Shown here one piece after another: positions 38,435 to 48,649 of a stretch of DNA of 64,000 bases (positions are counted from its first letter, which is position 1; each line of letters starts with the position of its first letter). The DNA comes from an uncultured Chlamydiae bacterium. GTDB taxonomy: Bacteria > Chlamydiota > Chlamydiia > Chlamydiales > JAJFMB01. Location of the stretch: NCBI GenBank assembly GCA_963696295.1, contig CAVOJR010000001.1:2720001-2784000 (forward strand). The letters are read 5' to 3'. The position numbers and the translations under genes are program-made. The notes beneath the pieces were generated by a model, which had not been told where the DNA came from, searched no databases, and was given only the letters and a program-made list of their open reading frames with translations.

Positions 38435-38908
38435 ATGTCATCTTTTATAATGAGAATGTCAACGAGTATCATAAGACCCGCTTTGCAACTGGTAAAACCT
38501 GATCAACCTGATTGGTTATCTTTTGTGTATCTCACCCTGGAGCAAGGAAAGGATCATTGTACAAAGGGGCCGTACGAGGCAGAATTTAAGCTAAAAGAGA
38601 GAGAGTCAGAACTAATAGCGAGAATTGACAAAAGCGCCTTTTTTTTATATGGATCTCCAAGAGGTATTGTCGGAGGGGCGGACGCTGTCATAGATAAGCA
38701 GACGCTGCTCATCGAACAATTTATTATCAAAGTGCGGTTAGGCCATCTCGGATTTGAGGATGGTTTAGCAAATGATCTTCAACTGTGGGCAAAAGGAAAG
38801 GGGATCAAGCAGATTCTCGTTCCCGAACGGCCTTCGCTTTTGAACGTGTTTAAGGCTTCGCGAGAGGAGCTCGATGGAAAAGTGATTTATCGAAAGGAGT
38901 TAGTATGA
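38435..38908 (+). CDS. hypothetical protein, divergent GNAT-like
   Basis: IVG..., GHLGFEDGL...WAKGKGIKQI resemble GNAT motif A/B; AGGAG SD. Confidence 0.5.
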   Translation: MSSFIMRMSTSIIRPALQLVKPDQPDWLSFVYLTLEQGKDHCTKGPYEAEFKLKERESELIARIDKSAFFLYGSPRGIVGGADAVIDKQTLLIEQFIIKVRLGHLGFEDGLANDLQLWAKGKGIKQILVPERPSLLNVFKASREELDGKVIYRKELV

Positions 38909-39705
38909 TGTTAAAATTTTCATCCGCCCTTGTTGCGGGATTTATTTTTGTTTGCCAGTCGGTTTTTGCCAACCCTTGCTGCTGCGATTCTGACTGGGGA
39001 ATGGGGTACATTAAGGTCTCCCCAGGAGCTACGTTTCCTTTAAAAGCGGATATTTGCGCCAGGCAGCCGGTTTGGGATCCTGCTATTCAGGGGTATAATT
39101 CTAAATTTGATACCCGCACCAACTTTGGGTTGGCTGTAGGCTATGAATTTTGTCCCTGGATGGCTGTGGAGGCAAATATCACCTATCGGGGACAGTTTAA
39201 GTATAAGAAGTTTCAAACACCTCCAGCCGGTGCGACCACTGACTTGCCGGCCAAAACGCGCCGCTTTAACATGGACCTCCTCACTACCATGGGGTCCCTA
39301 GTTTTACAAGGCCGCTATTTTGATTGCTGTACCTGTGAATGTGATACAATATCTGTCTATCCCATCATCAGCGGAGGCGTTGGAACAAGCCGCATTATCA
39401 TCTGGGATTTCCGTTCAACCGGACTTGCCCCGACCGATGATAATGCTCCGCTCCTTTCTTTTGCCTCTGAAAATCAGTATTCTGTCCGCTGGAATTTCAG
39501 CTATCAGTTAAGCGCCGGGTTGGAGTGCCGTTACTGCGACAACTGGGCGATAGCCGTCAGCTACCGCTGGTTTGATGCCGGAAGGTTTAGGGGCCCCCGC
39601 TATTTCAGAGACCAGGACGGAAATGCGTTTGATGTCTGCAATGAGACCTGGAGAATGCACTTGCAGGCCAATGAAGTCGTCGTAGACCTTAAAGTATTCT
39701 TCTAA
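38905..39705 (+). CDS. Cys-rich outer membrane beta-barrel protein
   Basis: Signal peptide, GLAVGY, FSYQLSAG, SYRWFDAG, terminal Phe. Confidence 0.85.
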   Translation: MMLKFSSALVAGFIFVCQSVFANPCCCDSDWGMGYIKVSPGATFPLKADICARQPVWDPAIQGYNSKFDTRTNFGLAVGYEFCPWMAVEANITYRGQFKYKKFQTPPAGATTDLPAKTRRFNMDLLTTMGSLVLQGRYFDCCTCECDTISVYPIISGGVGTSRIIIWDFRSTGLAPTDDNAPLLSFASENQYSVRWNFSYQLSAGLECRYCDNWAIAVSYRWFDAGRFRGPRYFRDQDGNAFDVCNETWRMHLQANEVVVDLKVFF

Positions 39706-39710
39706 TTCTG

Positions 39711-39739
39711 ATGAGTCCATAGACTTACTATGGACTCAT
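39711..39739. terminator. perfect 12-bp hairpin between convergent genes
   Basis: atgagtccatag-actta-ctatggactcat. Confidence 0.6.
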
Positions 39740-41221
39740 TTATTCATGCCAGCCGTTCTTATCCAGGAATTCCTCATAGGTGCCCAGATGGAGTTCCTGT
39801 CTTCCCTCATGGCAGATCACGATTTTATCCAGACACATTCTCTTTAGAATCAGTTCGCTGTGAGTGACGATGATGACAGCGCCCTCAAAATCTTCGATCG
39901 CGTCGATAAGAGCCTCAATCGACTCCATATCAAGGTGATGCGTGGGCTCATCGAGCAGAAGCAAGTTGCAGGGGGTGGCGACGATCTTTCCAAGCAGGAC
40001 GCGGCTTTTCTCTCCGCCTGAGAGGATCCCGTTCACTTTTTTGGATTTGTCGCCGCTGAACATCATCAGGCCGCAAATCGCTTTAATTTGAGTGACATTC
40101 AATTTGTGGTTGGCAGAGGCGATCTCCTCTTCGATCGAGTGTTTCGGATGGAGCCGGTCGATGTTGGTTTGTCCGAAATAACCGATCGCCAGGTTGTCTG
40201 AAACTTTGCGCGACCCTTTATTTGGAGTAAGCTCTCCGGCAATCAGGCGCAAGATCGTCGACTTTCCCCGCCCGTTTTTACCGATGATGGCGATTCTCTC
40301 CCCCTTTTCAATAGCAAGCGACAGGTGTTCAATCAAAGGGTCGGTGTAGGCGAAAGAGAGGTCGTTGACTTCCAGCATTTTTTTGCCCGGAAAATTCGCT
40401 TCGTTGAATTGGAAATCGAGGTGGTAGAGGTTTTTCAGGTTCTCGAGAACGGGAATGCGGCTCAACATTTTCTGTTTCGATTGAGCTTGGGTGGCTTTGG
40501 AGGCTTTCGCGCCAAAGCGAGTGATGAAATCCTGCAAATGCTCTCGCTTTTTCTCTAAGTTAAGGCGCGTTTTTTCATGGATCTCTTCCTTCTGCATGAG
40601 CTGTTCAAAGAAATGGATCGTATTGCCCTTCACTTTGGTCACTTTTTGGCGATGAATGCCCATCGTGTGCGTCGTGACGCTGTCGAGGAATTCCCGGTCG
40701 TGGGAAATCAGAATGAATTCGCCGCCCCAATCGCGCAAAAATTCGGTAAACCAGCGGATCGAAACGATGTCGAGGTAGTTTGTCGGCTCATCGAGCAGCA
40801 GGCAGTCGGGCTCTCCAATCAGCACCTTGGCAAGATGGAGCCTTAGCTGGTAGCCGCCGGAAAATTCCTGAGGCGCCCGCTCCAAATCTTCTTCTTTGAA
40901 GCCCAAGCCGAACAGGATGGTCTCTGCCTTGTAGATGCACTCTTTTTCATCCGGACGGAGGCCCAGGGCCGCTTCCTCAATCAAGGTCGGGCGAGTGAAA
41001 ACGATATGCTGATCCAGAGTGCCTATAATGTAATTTTTTCTTTTGGAAATAGTGCCTTTGTCCGGAGCTTCTTTGCCGATGATCAGGCGAAAAAGGGAGG
41101 ATTTCCCGGTTCCGTTGCGTCCTACAAGAGCGATCCGCTCTCCCGGTTGCACGCTGAAGGAGGCCTCTTCGAATAAGGGCTCCCCGTGATAAGCCAAAGT
41201 CAAACCATCTATCTGGATCAT
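39740..41221 (-). CDS. ABC-F family ATP-binding protein
   Basis: Two NBDs (GRNGTGKS, FSGG, LLLDEPTNYLD; GKNGRGKS, LSGGEKSR, LLLDEPTHHLD), no TM. Confidence 0.95.
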   Translation of the reverse strand: MIQIDGLTLAYHGEPLFEEASFSVQPGERIALVGRNGTGKSSLFRLIIGKEAPDKGTISKRKNYIIGTLDQHIVFTRPTLIEEAALGLRPDEKECIYKAETILFGLGFKEEDLERAPQEFSGGYQLRLHLAKVLIGEPDCLLLDEPTNYLDIVSIRWFTEFLRDWGGEFILISHDREFLDSVTTHTMGIHRQKVTKVKGNTIHFFEQLMQKEEIHEKTRLNLEKKREHLQDFITRFGAKASKATQAQSKQKMLSRIPVLENLKNLYHLDFQFNEANFPGKKMLEVNDLSFAYTDPLIEHLSLAIEKGERIAIIGKNGRGKSTILRLIAGELTPNKGSRKVSDNLAIGYFGQTNIDRLHPKHSIEEEIASANHKLNVTQIKAICGLMMFSGDKSKKVNGILSGGEKSRVLLGKIVATPCNLLLLDEPTHHLDMESIEALIDAIEDFEGAVIIVTHSELILKRMCLDKIVICHEGRQELHLGTYEEFLDKNGWHE

Positions 41222-41314
41222 AAATAAGTACAATATTGTTTTTAAAAAAAATCATTATACCATAAACGGGATCAAAAAGAAAGAAAAATTATTAAAAAAG
41301 TAATAGAGCACGTT

Positions 41315-42610
41315 TTAAGTTTTTGTTTGAGTTATGTTCATCTTCGCTCGCGGCATGTAGGCATCCTCTGGAGCGCCGAAGAGGGGAATAGAGAATCTCA
41401 CGTTTTTCATGAGTTTATAGAAGTTTTCCCTGGATTCTGGACCAATTACAGCCAAATTGCGTTTTTGAAGAGCCTTAGGATCAAACTTGACGGAAGGATC
41501 GTGCTCGCTCGCTTGATCGCGGGTATGCTCTTCGAAGCTTACTAAGCCGTAAAGAGATGTAATCAAGCCTTCGTCAAATTTCATCCCTTTCAACGAAAGA
41601 CGTTCACAGTCATTGAGAGTTATGTTAATGACCAAATCACTGGCGTCCGTTTGAATCGACGGTCTGTTGCCCTCATGATGACCATGAAGTGAATTTGACC
41701 AATCCCCTTGGATTATATTGATCTGGGTGATCTGTGAGCCGAAAAGTTTCTCAATAGACTGGAAGGTAAATGATTGGTTGGAATTATCAGCGCCGAGATA
41801 TTTGGCAAGAGATGGGTATTCTGTAGCTAAATTATTTAATTCATACAATTGAAATGTTCTATTCTCATGGGTGATTGAGGAACCTTGCATTCTTTTCTTC
41901 AGAAGCATCTGAATGAGGTAGGAATTTTCGAGCTCAGTTCTAGAGTTCCATTGATCAATTGCGTTAGGGTTTTCTATGTTCGCTATGCGTTCTAAGTATG
42001 CCGCCCGGTCTTTTCCAATACCATTGATCATCGTTTGTTTTGCATCGCGTTGGAGGGTGATGCGTCTCTCAGCAGTCTTGCGGGCATCCGCCATCTCCTC
42101 TTTGCTGATGGGGCGTTTCACGACGCTCACCCAGCGATAGATGACATCGTCAACGGCATCTTCGATAGAGATCTCTTCAGAATATTCGCGAAAGCTGACG
42201 AGCGCAGCCGTGTTGGAAGTGGTTTCGGTAATGAGGTTCGCGTCTATAAATCCATCGATTGACGTATATTCATCATCATCAACAATACTGACGGGGGCAG
42301 CTGTGTTGGGGGTAATGAGGTCATCCGCGTCCATGAATTCATCATCAATTTCTTGGCGCGCGTTTTCTGGCGAATTTTGTATACTTTTGTTAAATACTTC
42401 TGTAGCATTTGTAGCATCTTCTTCAATCGGCTCTATCTGTTTTTGTTTATAAAGTTTAAATCTTAAATCATCCGGCTGGTCTAATTTTGACATCATTAAT
42501 TCTGGAACAATTTCCAACCCTGCTGCTGGGTTTTGCATACGGTGAACTATATTAGTACTATACTTTGTTGAATCAATTGGGGTTTTTGAATAATCGCTAT
42601 AATCGCCCAT
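41315..42610 (-). CDS. hypothetical protein with acidic low-complexity N-terminal half (effector-like orphan)
   Basis: 431 aa; two similar segments ending LITPNTAA / LITETTSNTAA. Confidence 0.7.
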   Translation of the reverse strand: MGDYSDYSKTPIDSTKYSTNIVHRMQNPAAGLEIVPELMMSKLDQPDDLRFKLYKQKQIEPIEEDATNATEVFNKSIQNSPENARQEIDDEFMDADDLITPNTAAPVSIVDDDEYTSIDGFIDANLITETTSNTAALVSFREYSEEISIEDAVDDVIYRWVSVVKRPISKEEMADARKTAERRITLQRDAKQTMINGIGKDRAAYLERIANIENPNAIDQWNSRTELENSYLIQMLLKKRMQGSSITHENRTFQLYELNNLATEYPSLAKYLGADNSNQSFTFQSIEKLFGSQITQINIIQGDWSNSLHGHHEGNRPSIQTDASDLVINITLNDCERLSLKGMKFDEGLITSLYGLVSFEEHTRDQASEHDPSVKFDPKALQKRNLAVIGPESRENFYKLMKNVRFSIPLFGAPEDAYMPRAKMNITQTKT

Positions 42611-42818
42611 ATAAACACACTTTAATTTAGGCCTATATAAGTATTATACTTCGAATGTATTAAACAATTAAATTAATTTATTATTAACTTGGTTGTGTTA
42701 ATTTTTTATTAATTTATGTATGCATTTAATATGGAGTGGATCAAAACAAGAGAAAATGCAAACGGTTTTTCCGTTAAAATGGTACTCGAGATGCGATCTT
42801 AGGACATTCTTTGAGGTG

Positions 42819-43874
42819 TTATGATTTTTCTTCCGAGCGGATTTCCCCATTCTCCGACAAGAGGATGGCTATCGGCTTTGTCTGGGGAAAATTCGCTAAA
42901 ATAATGTTCGCGATCACCATGATCGGGACACAGAGGAACATGCCGGCGATGCCCCAGATATGCCCCCAGACCGCTAAGGAAAGCAGAATCACTAATGCAC
43001 TTAAGTTAAATGACTTACCCATAAATCTCGGTTCCAGTATGTTTCCTATGAAAAACTGCAGGGAAGTCAGGCCGATAGCCACAATCAGAAATGGAGTCCA
43101 GCTGTCAAATTGCACTATCGTCAAGATGCAGGGAAAAAGGGTGGCGATGATCGAGCCAATGGTGGGAATGAAGTTAAGCAGGGCGATCATAAGGGCCCAA
43201 AAGTCGGCGAAATCAACGCCGACAGAGGCGAGCACGAGGTAGCTGCAAAAACCGGTCAGCAGGCTCGCCAAAGTCTTAATTTTCACATAGGTTTGCACTT
43301 GGCGGCCGATCTGCTGAATCAAGGAGCGGGCTTTTTTGAGCTTCCCCTCATCATGGATTAAAGCTGCCAATTTTTTATCATAGGAGTGGTGCTCCATCAG
43401 CATGAAAAGGACATAAATGAGGATAATTCCGGTGCTGCTGGCAATGTCGGTTGCCGTCTGGGCGAAGCTTGCCGCGATCTGATTAAAGTTTAATTCCTGG
43501 AAAGTGGTGGATAAGTGGGGCGGATGCTCTATCCCAAGGTAGCGGAAAATATGGCCGCTGATTTGCTCAAGCCGCTCCTGGTACGCTGGAGCTGCGCTTA
43601 CAATCGCTGCGATATTCGACTGAATTAAGGCGACAAGCAGGCATAGAATGCCAAAGCAGACCAGGATGGCCAGAAAAAAGGCGAGCTGAGAGGAGAGATG
43701 CTTCCCCAGAATCGGAACTCCCTGAATGGATTGCGCAATAGTGATGATGAGATACCAGATCACGATAGCGACGACTAAAGGGATTAACAAGGTTCTGCCG
43801 TAAATGAGGAGGAAAAGAGAGAGGGCAATAATAATTAAGGTGAGGGTGAAATTGACGAGTTTGGGTAATTTCAT
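42819..43874 (-). CDS. AI-2E family transporter
   Basis: LLNFIPTIGS, QFFIGNILEPRFMG..FNLS, WGHIWGIAGMFLCVP. Confidence 0.93.
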   Translation of the reverse strand: MKLPKLVNFTLTLIIIALSLFLLIYGRTLLIPLVVAIVIWYLIITIAQSIQGVPILGKHLSSQLAFFLAILVCFGILCLLVALIQSNIAAIVSAAPAYQERLEQISGHIFRYLGIEHPPHLSTTFQELNFNQIAASFAQTATDIASSTGIILIYVLFMLMEHHSYDKKLAALIHDEGKLKKARSLIQQIGRQVQTYVKIKTLASLLTGFCSYLVLASVGVDFADFWALMIALLNFIPTIGSIIATLFPCILTIVQFDSWTPFLIVAIGLTSLQFFIGNILEPRFMGKSFNLSALVILLSLAVWGHIWGIAGMFLCVPIMVIANIILANFPQTKPIAILLSENGEIRSEEKS

Positions 43875-45385
43875 ATCTTCTCCACTCGCTTAATTCCGGT
43901 TTTGTCGATCACTACGCGAAATTTATCGATTTCCACGTTCTTATTCTGGTAGATGTTTCGAATGATAATATTCAAGTGATAAACTTTAGGCAGATATTCG
44001 TGCAATAGGGAGAGATTTCTTTCATCCAGAGTCAGGTAGGTCTGCAGAGAATCATTCGCCTTTTGGATGAACCTGTGCACGTTAAAACGAAATAGAGTGA
44101 CCAGACTGTTTCGACGGCTATCCATTTTATGCGGATGGTAATAGAGCTGCACTTCCCTTCTATACTCAATGATCGATTCATGCCGCTTTAAAGTCGGCAG
44201 CTCTTCATGAAATTCGCTGGCCCGCATCTCAAGAATGTTTTTGGGCACATCCTTCTCATTAATGAAGGAAAAGTACTCTTTAATCTCGCCAAGCAGTTCT
44301 CCTTTTGGAGTTTCGATTTTGGTCGAATAATCGGGAAACCAGCGAAAGGCTTTGTGCTTATAAATCACTTTGAGGCCCTCCTTAAGGCGGTCCTTCAAGA
44401 TATACAAAACGACAGCTATCAGGATGATGGGAAAGGAGGTAAAAACAAAAGGGGGATTAGCCCAGGAAAGCAGGGCGATGGCAAAGAGCGTCATATAGAC
44501 AAACATCGCAATCCCTGCAGCCAAAGACCCAATGGCTTGCCCGTATCGCTCCTGCAAAGCCAGCCGGTCGGTCTTTAGCCTCAACGCTTCTTTGACAAAT
44601 TTACTGAGCAGACTGAGTCTGTGCAAGATCGATTCCCGGTAAATTTCGGGCTCTTCCGTATTGCTTGGTTCTAAGTGATTGACTTTTCTATAGTTGTTAA
44701 CAGAAATTAACAAGGAGCGGATCTCATTTTGAATTTCTTTATCCTCAGCGAGGAAAATTTTTAAGCGGTCCAGATATCCCGTGAGATAGTATTCCAGGGT
44801 GTCGATGAAATACTCGTCAATATGGTTTAAATGATCGAGAAGTTCCTGATTGTGAATCGTTTTTCTAAATGTCGCTTTGAAGGCATTAAAAAAATCGATC
44901 ACTTTTTTAATGTCCGTCAGCATGATGCGGGTGTCTTCAATACATCGGGTGTATTGCTGATGTTGCAGATCCAAAACCAGACGTCGCATCTGCTTTCTTA
45001 ACGCGCTTCGAAAAATGGAGGCAAAAAGCTGCAATTCGTCAACGATTTCCGCTTTGACTGCAGAATCATTCAATATAGACTTTAAGTGATAGAAGGGTGA
45101 TCTTCTGTATTGATTATCAATGAGTTCTGGTAGGGTTAGCACCGGTGTTTGATACCGGATCAAATTGGTTTGATCCATATAGAAAAAGTCATTGAGATAG
45201 GTCTGGCGGTTAATTTGCAAGGCATCTGGAATAAACATGTAAATTTCTTGGCGGAAGGCGTTTTTTTCACTTTCCGTAGTGATAGGGAATTCCGACTTCA
45301 GTTCAAACTGCAAATTGTCGCGAAAATTAATATCCCCTTCATTGAGATCCCGCCAAAAAGAACTGTTCCAGAAATCATCCATCAA
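43871..45385 (-). CDS. hypothetical membrane protein (2 TM)
   Basis: 504 aa; SLAAGIAMF, YILKDRLKE; overlaps AI-2E start. Confidence 0.8.
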   Translation of the reverse strand: MMDDFWNSSFWRDLNEGDINFRDNLQFELKSEFPITTESEKNAFRQEIYMFIPDALQINRQTYLNDFFYMDQTNLIRYQTPVLTLPELIDNQYRRSPFYHLKSILNDSAVKAEIVDELQLFASIFRSALRKQMRRLVLDLQHQQYTRCIEDTRIMLTDIKKVIDFFNAFKATFRKTIHNQELLDHLNHIDEYFIDTLEYYLTGYLDRLKIFLAEDKEIQNEIRSLLISVNNYRKVNHLEPSNTEEPEIYRESILHRLSLLSKFVKEALRLKTDRLALQERYGQAIGSLAAGIAMFVYMTLFAIALLSWANPPFVFTSFPIILIAVVLYILKDRLKEGLKVIYKHKAFRWFPDYSTKIETPKGELLGEIKEYFSFINEKDVPKNILEMRASEFHEELPTLKRHESIIEYRREVQLYYHPHKMDSRRNSLVTLFRFNVHRFIQKANDSLQTYLTLDERNLSLLHEYLPKVYHLNIIIRNIYQNKNVEIDKFRVVIDKTGIKRVEKI

Positions 45386-45462
45386 GGCCCGACTACTTAA
45401 AAATTCACATTAGAGGATGGAGATTATTTTGTAAACGGAACGAATCAATGGTGAGGCAATCA

Positions 45463-45661
45463 CCGACTTCAGTTCAAACTGCAAATTGTCACGAAAATTT
45501 CCGTACTACTTCAGGGAGGACTACTTATAAATCGATATTCATATCCTGAGGCTGAACTACTCCTGGGCGGACTACTTATTCATATCCTGAGGCTGAACTA
45601 CTTCAGGGCGGACTACTTATTCATATCCTGAGGCCGAACTACTTCAGGCCGACTACTTAAA
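45463..45661. repeat. 37-bp copy of the 5' part of the 43871-45385 gene followed by three ~41-bp tandem units
   Basis: 45463-45499 matches 45292-45328 (1 mismatch); units start 45536, 45577, 45618. Confidence 0.88.
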
Positions 45662-45681
45662 TTTGGAGAAAACGAGCGAAG

Positions 45682-45731
45682 AAAAAAAAAGACCGTTGCA
45701 AAGGGTCCCTATAACAGATCTTGCAACGGTC
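45682..45731 (-). terminator. intrinsic terminator of the MOMP-like gene
   Basis: gaccgttgcaa ... ttgcaacggtc with A9 on + (U-tract on -). Confidence 0.85.
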
Positions 45732-45745
45732 AACTCTGAAAAATG

Positions 45746-46861
45746 CTAGAATGAGAATCCAGCACCAACTGTAACGCCTTGGAGTGTTAAGTCACCCTTA
45801 GCATAATTTGGGCTCAAATCAACCAAATGGCCATGGTTAAACCATATTTGTTGTTCCCAAGCCAGATTTAAGTAGAAACCGTAGTCTCCACAGCAAAGAT
45901 CGGTATCCCAGCGAAGACCAAAGCTGGTCTCTAATACTGGAGTTACGCGATATTCGCAATGTCTAGCGCAAACAGTAGCAACAGCATCGAAATGATCAGT
46001 ACTGTCATTGTTAATAACAAGATCATTTCTTCTTGATTGATATTGTCCCCAAAGAGTGCTGAAGCCTAAGTTACCATATAAGCTAAAGCTTTCAAAAAGA
46101 GTAGCAGAAGCTGTTAAAGCAAATTTAGGACCAACTCCCCAGAAACGTTGTCTATGATGAGTATCATAGCCGTCTGGAAGTGTTATACCAACAACATCGT
46201 CATCAAAAGCGTACAAAACATTGAACTTTTGTTGAATCCAAGCACCTTTCAAACCAAAGCTTGGTCTAAAAGTGAAGCAGTTGTTGACGCAGAACTCATT
46301 TGTGATAAGCGCATCGATATTGTTGAAATTCAATTTCCAACAGGAATCTGCTCTATCTAAAGTTACATCAAAATCAGAAGCGGCATCTCCGAGGAAATCA
46401 TCGAAGTAACCCCATACTGGGAAAAGATCGCAATCTCTTCTTTCATGATGTCTTTTTGGGTTTGCTTGATAATAGGTGTATTGAACAAAAAATTCCCAGT
46501 CGCAGCAAGGGTTGGCCATGCCAGCGCCTACTTTGAAACCGGAATTCCAATCATGATCAATATTTCTGCATCTGTCCGAAGAAGAGCTTCCGCAACCGCA
46601 AGATTCGTGTCTTTCTTCGCAGCAAGCTTCACCAATACCAGTTTGAGTAAACGTCAATCCGTCTTGATGAGCAGCCCAATAAATGTAGTCTACTTCTCCG
46701 TAGAAACATCTGTTAGGTGAAGGGCAGCAAGGATCGAAAGTGGTGCAGCATGGATTGCATGGGTTGCAGCAATCTGATCCTTGGTATGCGTTGACAGAGG
46801 TCATCACAGTGAAGCTTGTCAACGTAATTAAGAATTTTGCAATTCTTGTTTTCATATTCAT
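45746..46861 (-). CDS. Cys-rich MOMP-like / Lpg1974-type outer membrane porin
   Basis: Signal peptide, CCNPCNPCC..DPCCP, WNSGFKVG, FWGVGP, WEQQIWFN, GDLTLQGVTVGAGFSF. Confidence 0.88.
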   Translation of the reverse strand: MNMKTRIAKFLITLTSFTVMTSVNAYQGSDCCNPCNPCCTTFDPCCPSPNRCFYGEVDYIYWAAHQDGLTFTQTGIGEACCEERHESCGCGSSSSDRCRNIDHDWNSGFKVGAGMANPCCDWEFFVQYTYYQANPKRHHERRDCDLFPVWGYFDDFLGDAASDFDVTLDRADSCWKLNFNNIDALITNEFCVNNCFTFRPSFGLKGAWIQQKFNVLYAFDDDVVGITLPDGYDTHHRQRFWGVGPKFALTASATLFESFSLYGNLGFSTLWGQYQSRRNDLVINNDSTDHFDAVATVCARHCEYRVTPVLETSFGLRWDTDLCCGDYGFYLNLAWEQQIWFNHGHLVDLSPNYAKGDLTLQGVTVGAGFSF

Positions 46862-47275
46862 AGTTGATTACTCCCGTAGTTATCATCTAGGGTTGTCATT
46901 ACTGAAAGATCAACAATAACAACTCTCTCCCGAGGATTCAGCAAAAAGATAGCTCTCAATGCCTTCTCAGCGGGGTGGCGAAAGTATGATCATTCAGACC
47001 TTTCAATGCTTCTTAATGTATTGTTCCTTTGCATTTTTGACAAACACTTTTTGCACCGAACCCATAAATTTTCAAAAAAAATCGATTTTCAGCTCATTCT
47101 CAATCGACTTTCAACAATCTGAAAGATCATGAAAATCCGCATTAATATTGATTATGAGTTGTTTATGATGGTCGAGCGAAAATTGGCGAAAAAAGGGGCG
47201 CGTATCAAACAAATTGAAATTTTATGTGGCGATCGATATGTTGGTTTCTTAAGCAATTATTTGTTGGATTGAATT

Positions 47276-48649
47276 ATGAACTGGTCTCTTATGCTCACCT
47301 TCCTCGCGATGGGAATCGCTGTTCTTATGCTGGCAGGCGATTATGCCGCAATCAATGTATCGTTGTCGGCCATGAGCAATACAGTGAGGAGTCATTGGAT
47401 TATCAACGCCTATATTTTAGCCTTTTCCATGTTCCTTGTGGGCGCCGGCAGTTTAGCCGATATATTCGGGCGGAAGAAAGTATTTCTTTCCGGTCTCAGC
47501 CTGTTTGCTTTTATGTCATTTTTGGGCGCTGTGGTCACATCGTATGACGGGTTGATAGCCGCAAGGTTTTTGCAGGGAACTGGCGCCGCCTTGATGTGGC
47601 CCTCCATTGTAGGGATTTGCTATTCCTCCGTACCTGCGGAAAAAAAGAGTTTTTCCATCGGGCTATTACTCGGCGCAGTCGGCATCGGTACGGCCGCAGG
47701 ACTCGTTATGGGGGACTTTCTGACCCATTCGATCGGCTGGCGGGCTGTTTTGTGGATCAATCTGCCTCTCTCTTTATTGGCAGGAGGTGTGGCTTATTTT
47801 AAATTGGATTCCTGTAAGCCAAGCGGGGAAAAAAAACTGGATTATGCGGGAATGGCTCTCCTTTCTCTTGCCGTATTGATTCTCATGTATGCGTTGCAGC
47901 ATTCCCATCTGCTGGGTTTTTATTCCATTAAGCTTTGGGGGTTAATCGCTTTCGCCTGTTTTTTGATTTTCCTGTTTTTCCTTATTGAAGCCAAAACGTC
48001 ACAGCCGTTGATACCCCGGTATATGATGAAAGACAAATTATTCATCGCATCCACCCTGACAGTCGCCCTTATCTCTCCGGCCTTTTTTGCAACGCTGCTC
48101 TATTTGCCTCAATTTATGCAGAAATTTCTCGGCTTCTCTATTTACGAGGCCGGCTTGGGATTGACGCCAATACTATTGATTTGGGCTTTTGTATCCCCGA
48201 TAGCTGGCGATTTATCCCACTATGTCGGCGCAAAAATGATCACTTTTATCGCAACCTCGGCTATAGCCGTCGGCACTTTTTTATTGGGCTTTGTGGGGGC
48301 TCAGTCCGATTACTACTTCTTGCTGCCCGGTATGATCATTACGGGACTTGGCTATGGTTTTGGCTTTTCATCCATCACTACCGCAGCTGTCAGCAGCGTT
48401 GACGAAAAAGAGGTGAGTACGGCGGCCGGAGTGGTCTATCTTTTTTTTGTCGTCGGCGGCGCGATCGGTCTGTCTTTGGCTTTTGGCATTTTTTATCTTT
48501 TTGGAGAAAATTACTTAGGCGCTTTTCAAGGCCAATCCTATACACGCGGCTACTTCTTTACCATGCTGATTACCGCGCTGCTCGCTGCAGCAGGCGCCCT
48601 GTTAGCTTTGCTTGGCATGAAGAAAAAAATGCATGAAAATAAAATGTGA
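47276..48649 (+). CDS. MFS transporter, DHA2 (14-TM) family
   Basis: WIINAY, GSLADIFGRKK, ARFLQGTGAA, GWRAVLWINLP. Confidence 0.92.
   Translation: MNWSLMLTFLAMGIAVLMLAGDYAAINVSLSAMSNTVRSHWIINAYILAFSMFLVGAGSLADIFGRKKVFLSGLSLFAFMSFLGAVVTSYDGLIAARFLQGTGAALMWPSIVGICYSSVPAEKKSFSIGLLLGAVGIGTAAGLVMGDFLTHSIGWRAVLWINLPLSLLAGGVAYFKLDSCKPSGEKKLDYAGMALLSLAVLILMYALQHSHLLGFYSIKLWGLIAFACFLIFLFFLIEAKTSQPLIPRYMMKDKLFIASTLTVALISPAFFATLLYLPQFMQKFLGFSIYEAGLGLTPILLIWAFVSPIAGDLSHYVGAKMITFIATSAIAVGTFLLGFVGAQSDYYFLLPGMIITGLGYGFGFSSITTAAVSSVDEKEVSTAAGVVYLFFVVGGAIGLSLAFGIFYLFGENYLGAFQGQSYTRGYFFTMLITALLAAAGALLALLGMKKKMHENKM

Noticed and set aside
46862..47020. Riboswitch in the porin leader (gctgaatcc resembles the start of the c-di-AMP ydaO motif)
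   Set aside because: The rest of the consensus is not visible; an Infernal/Rfam scan would be needed
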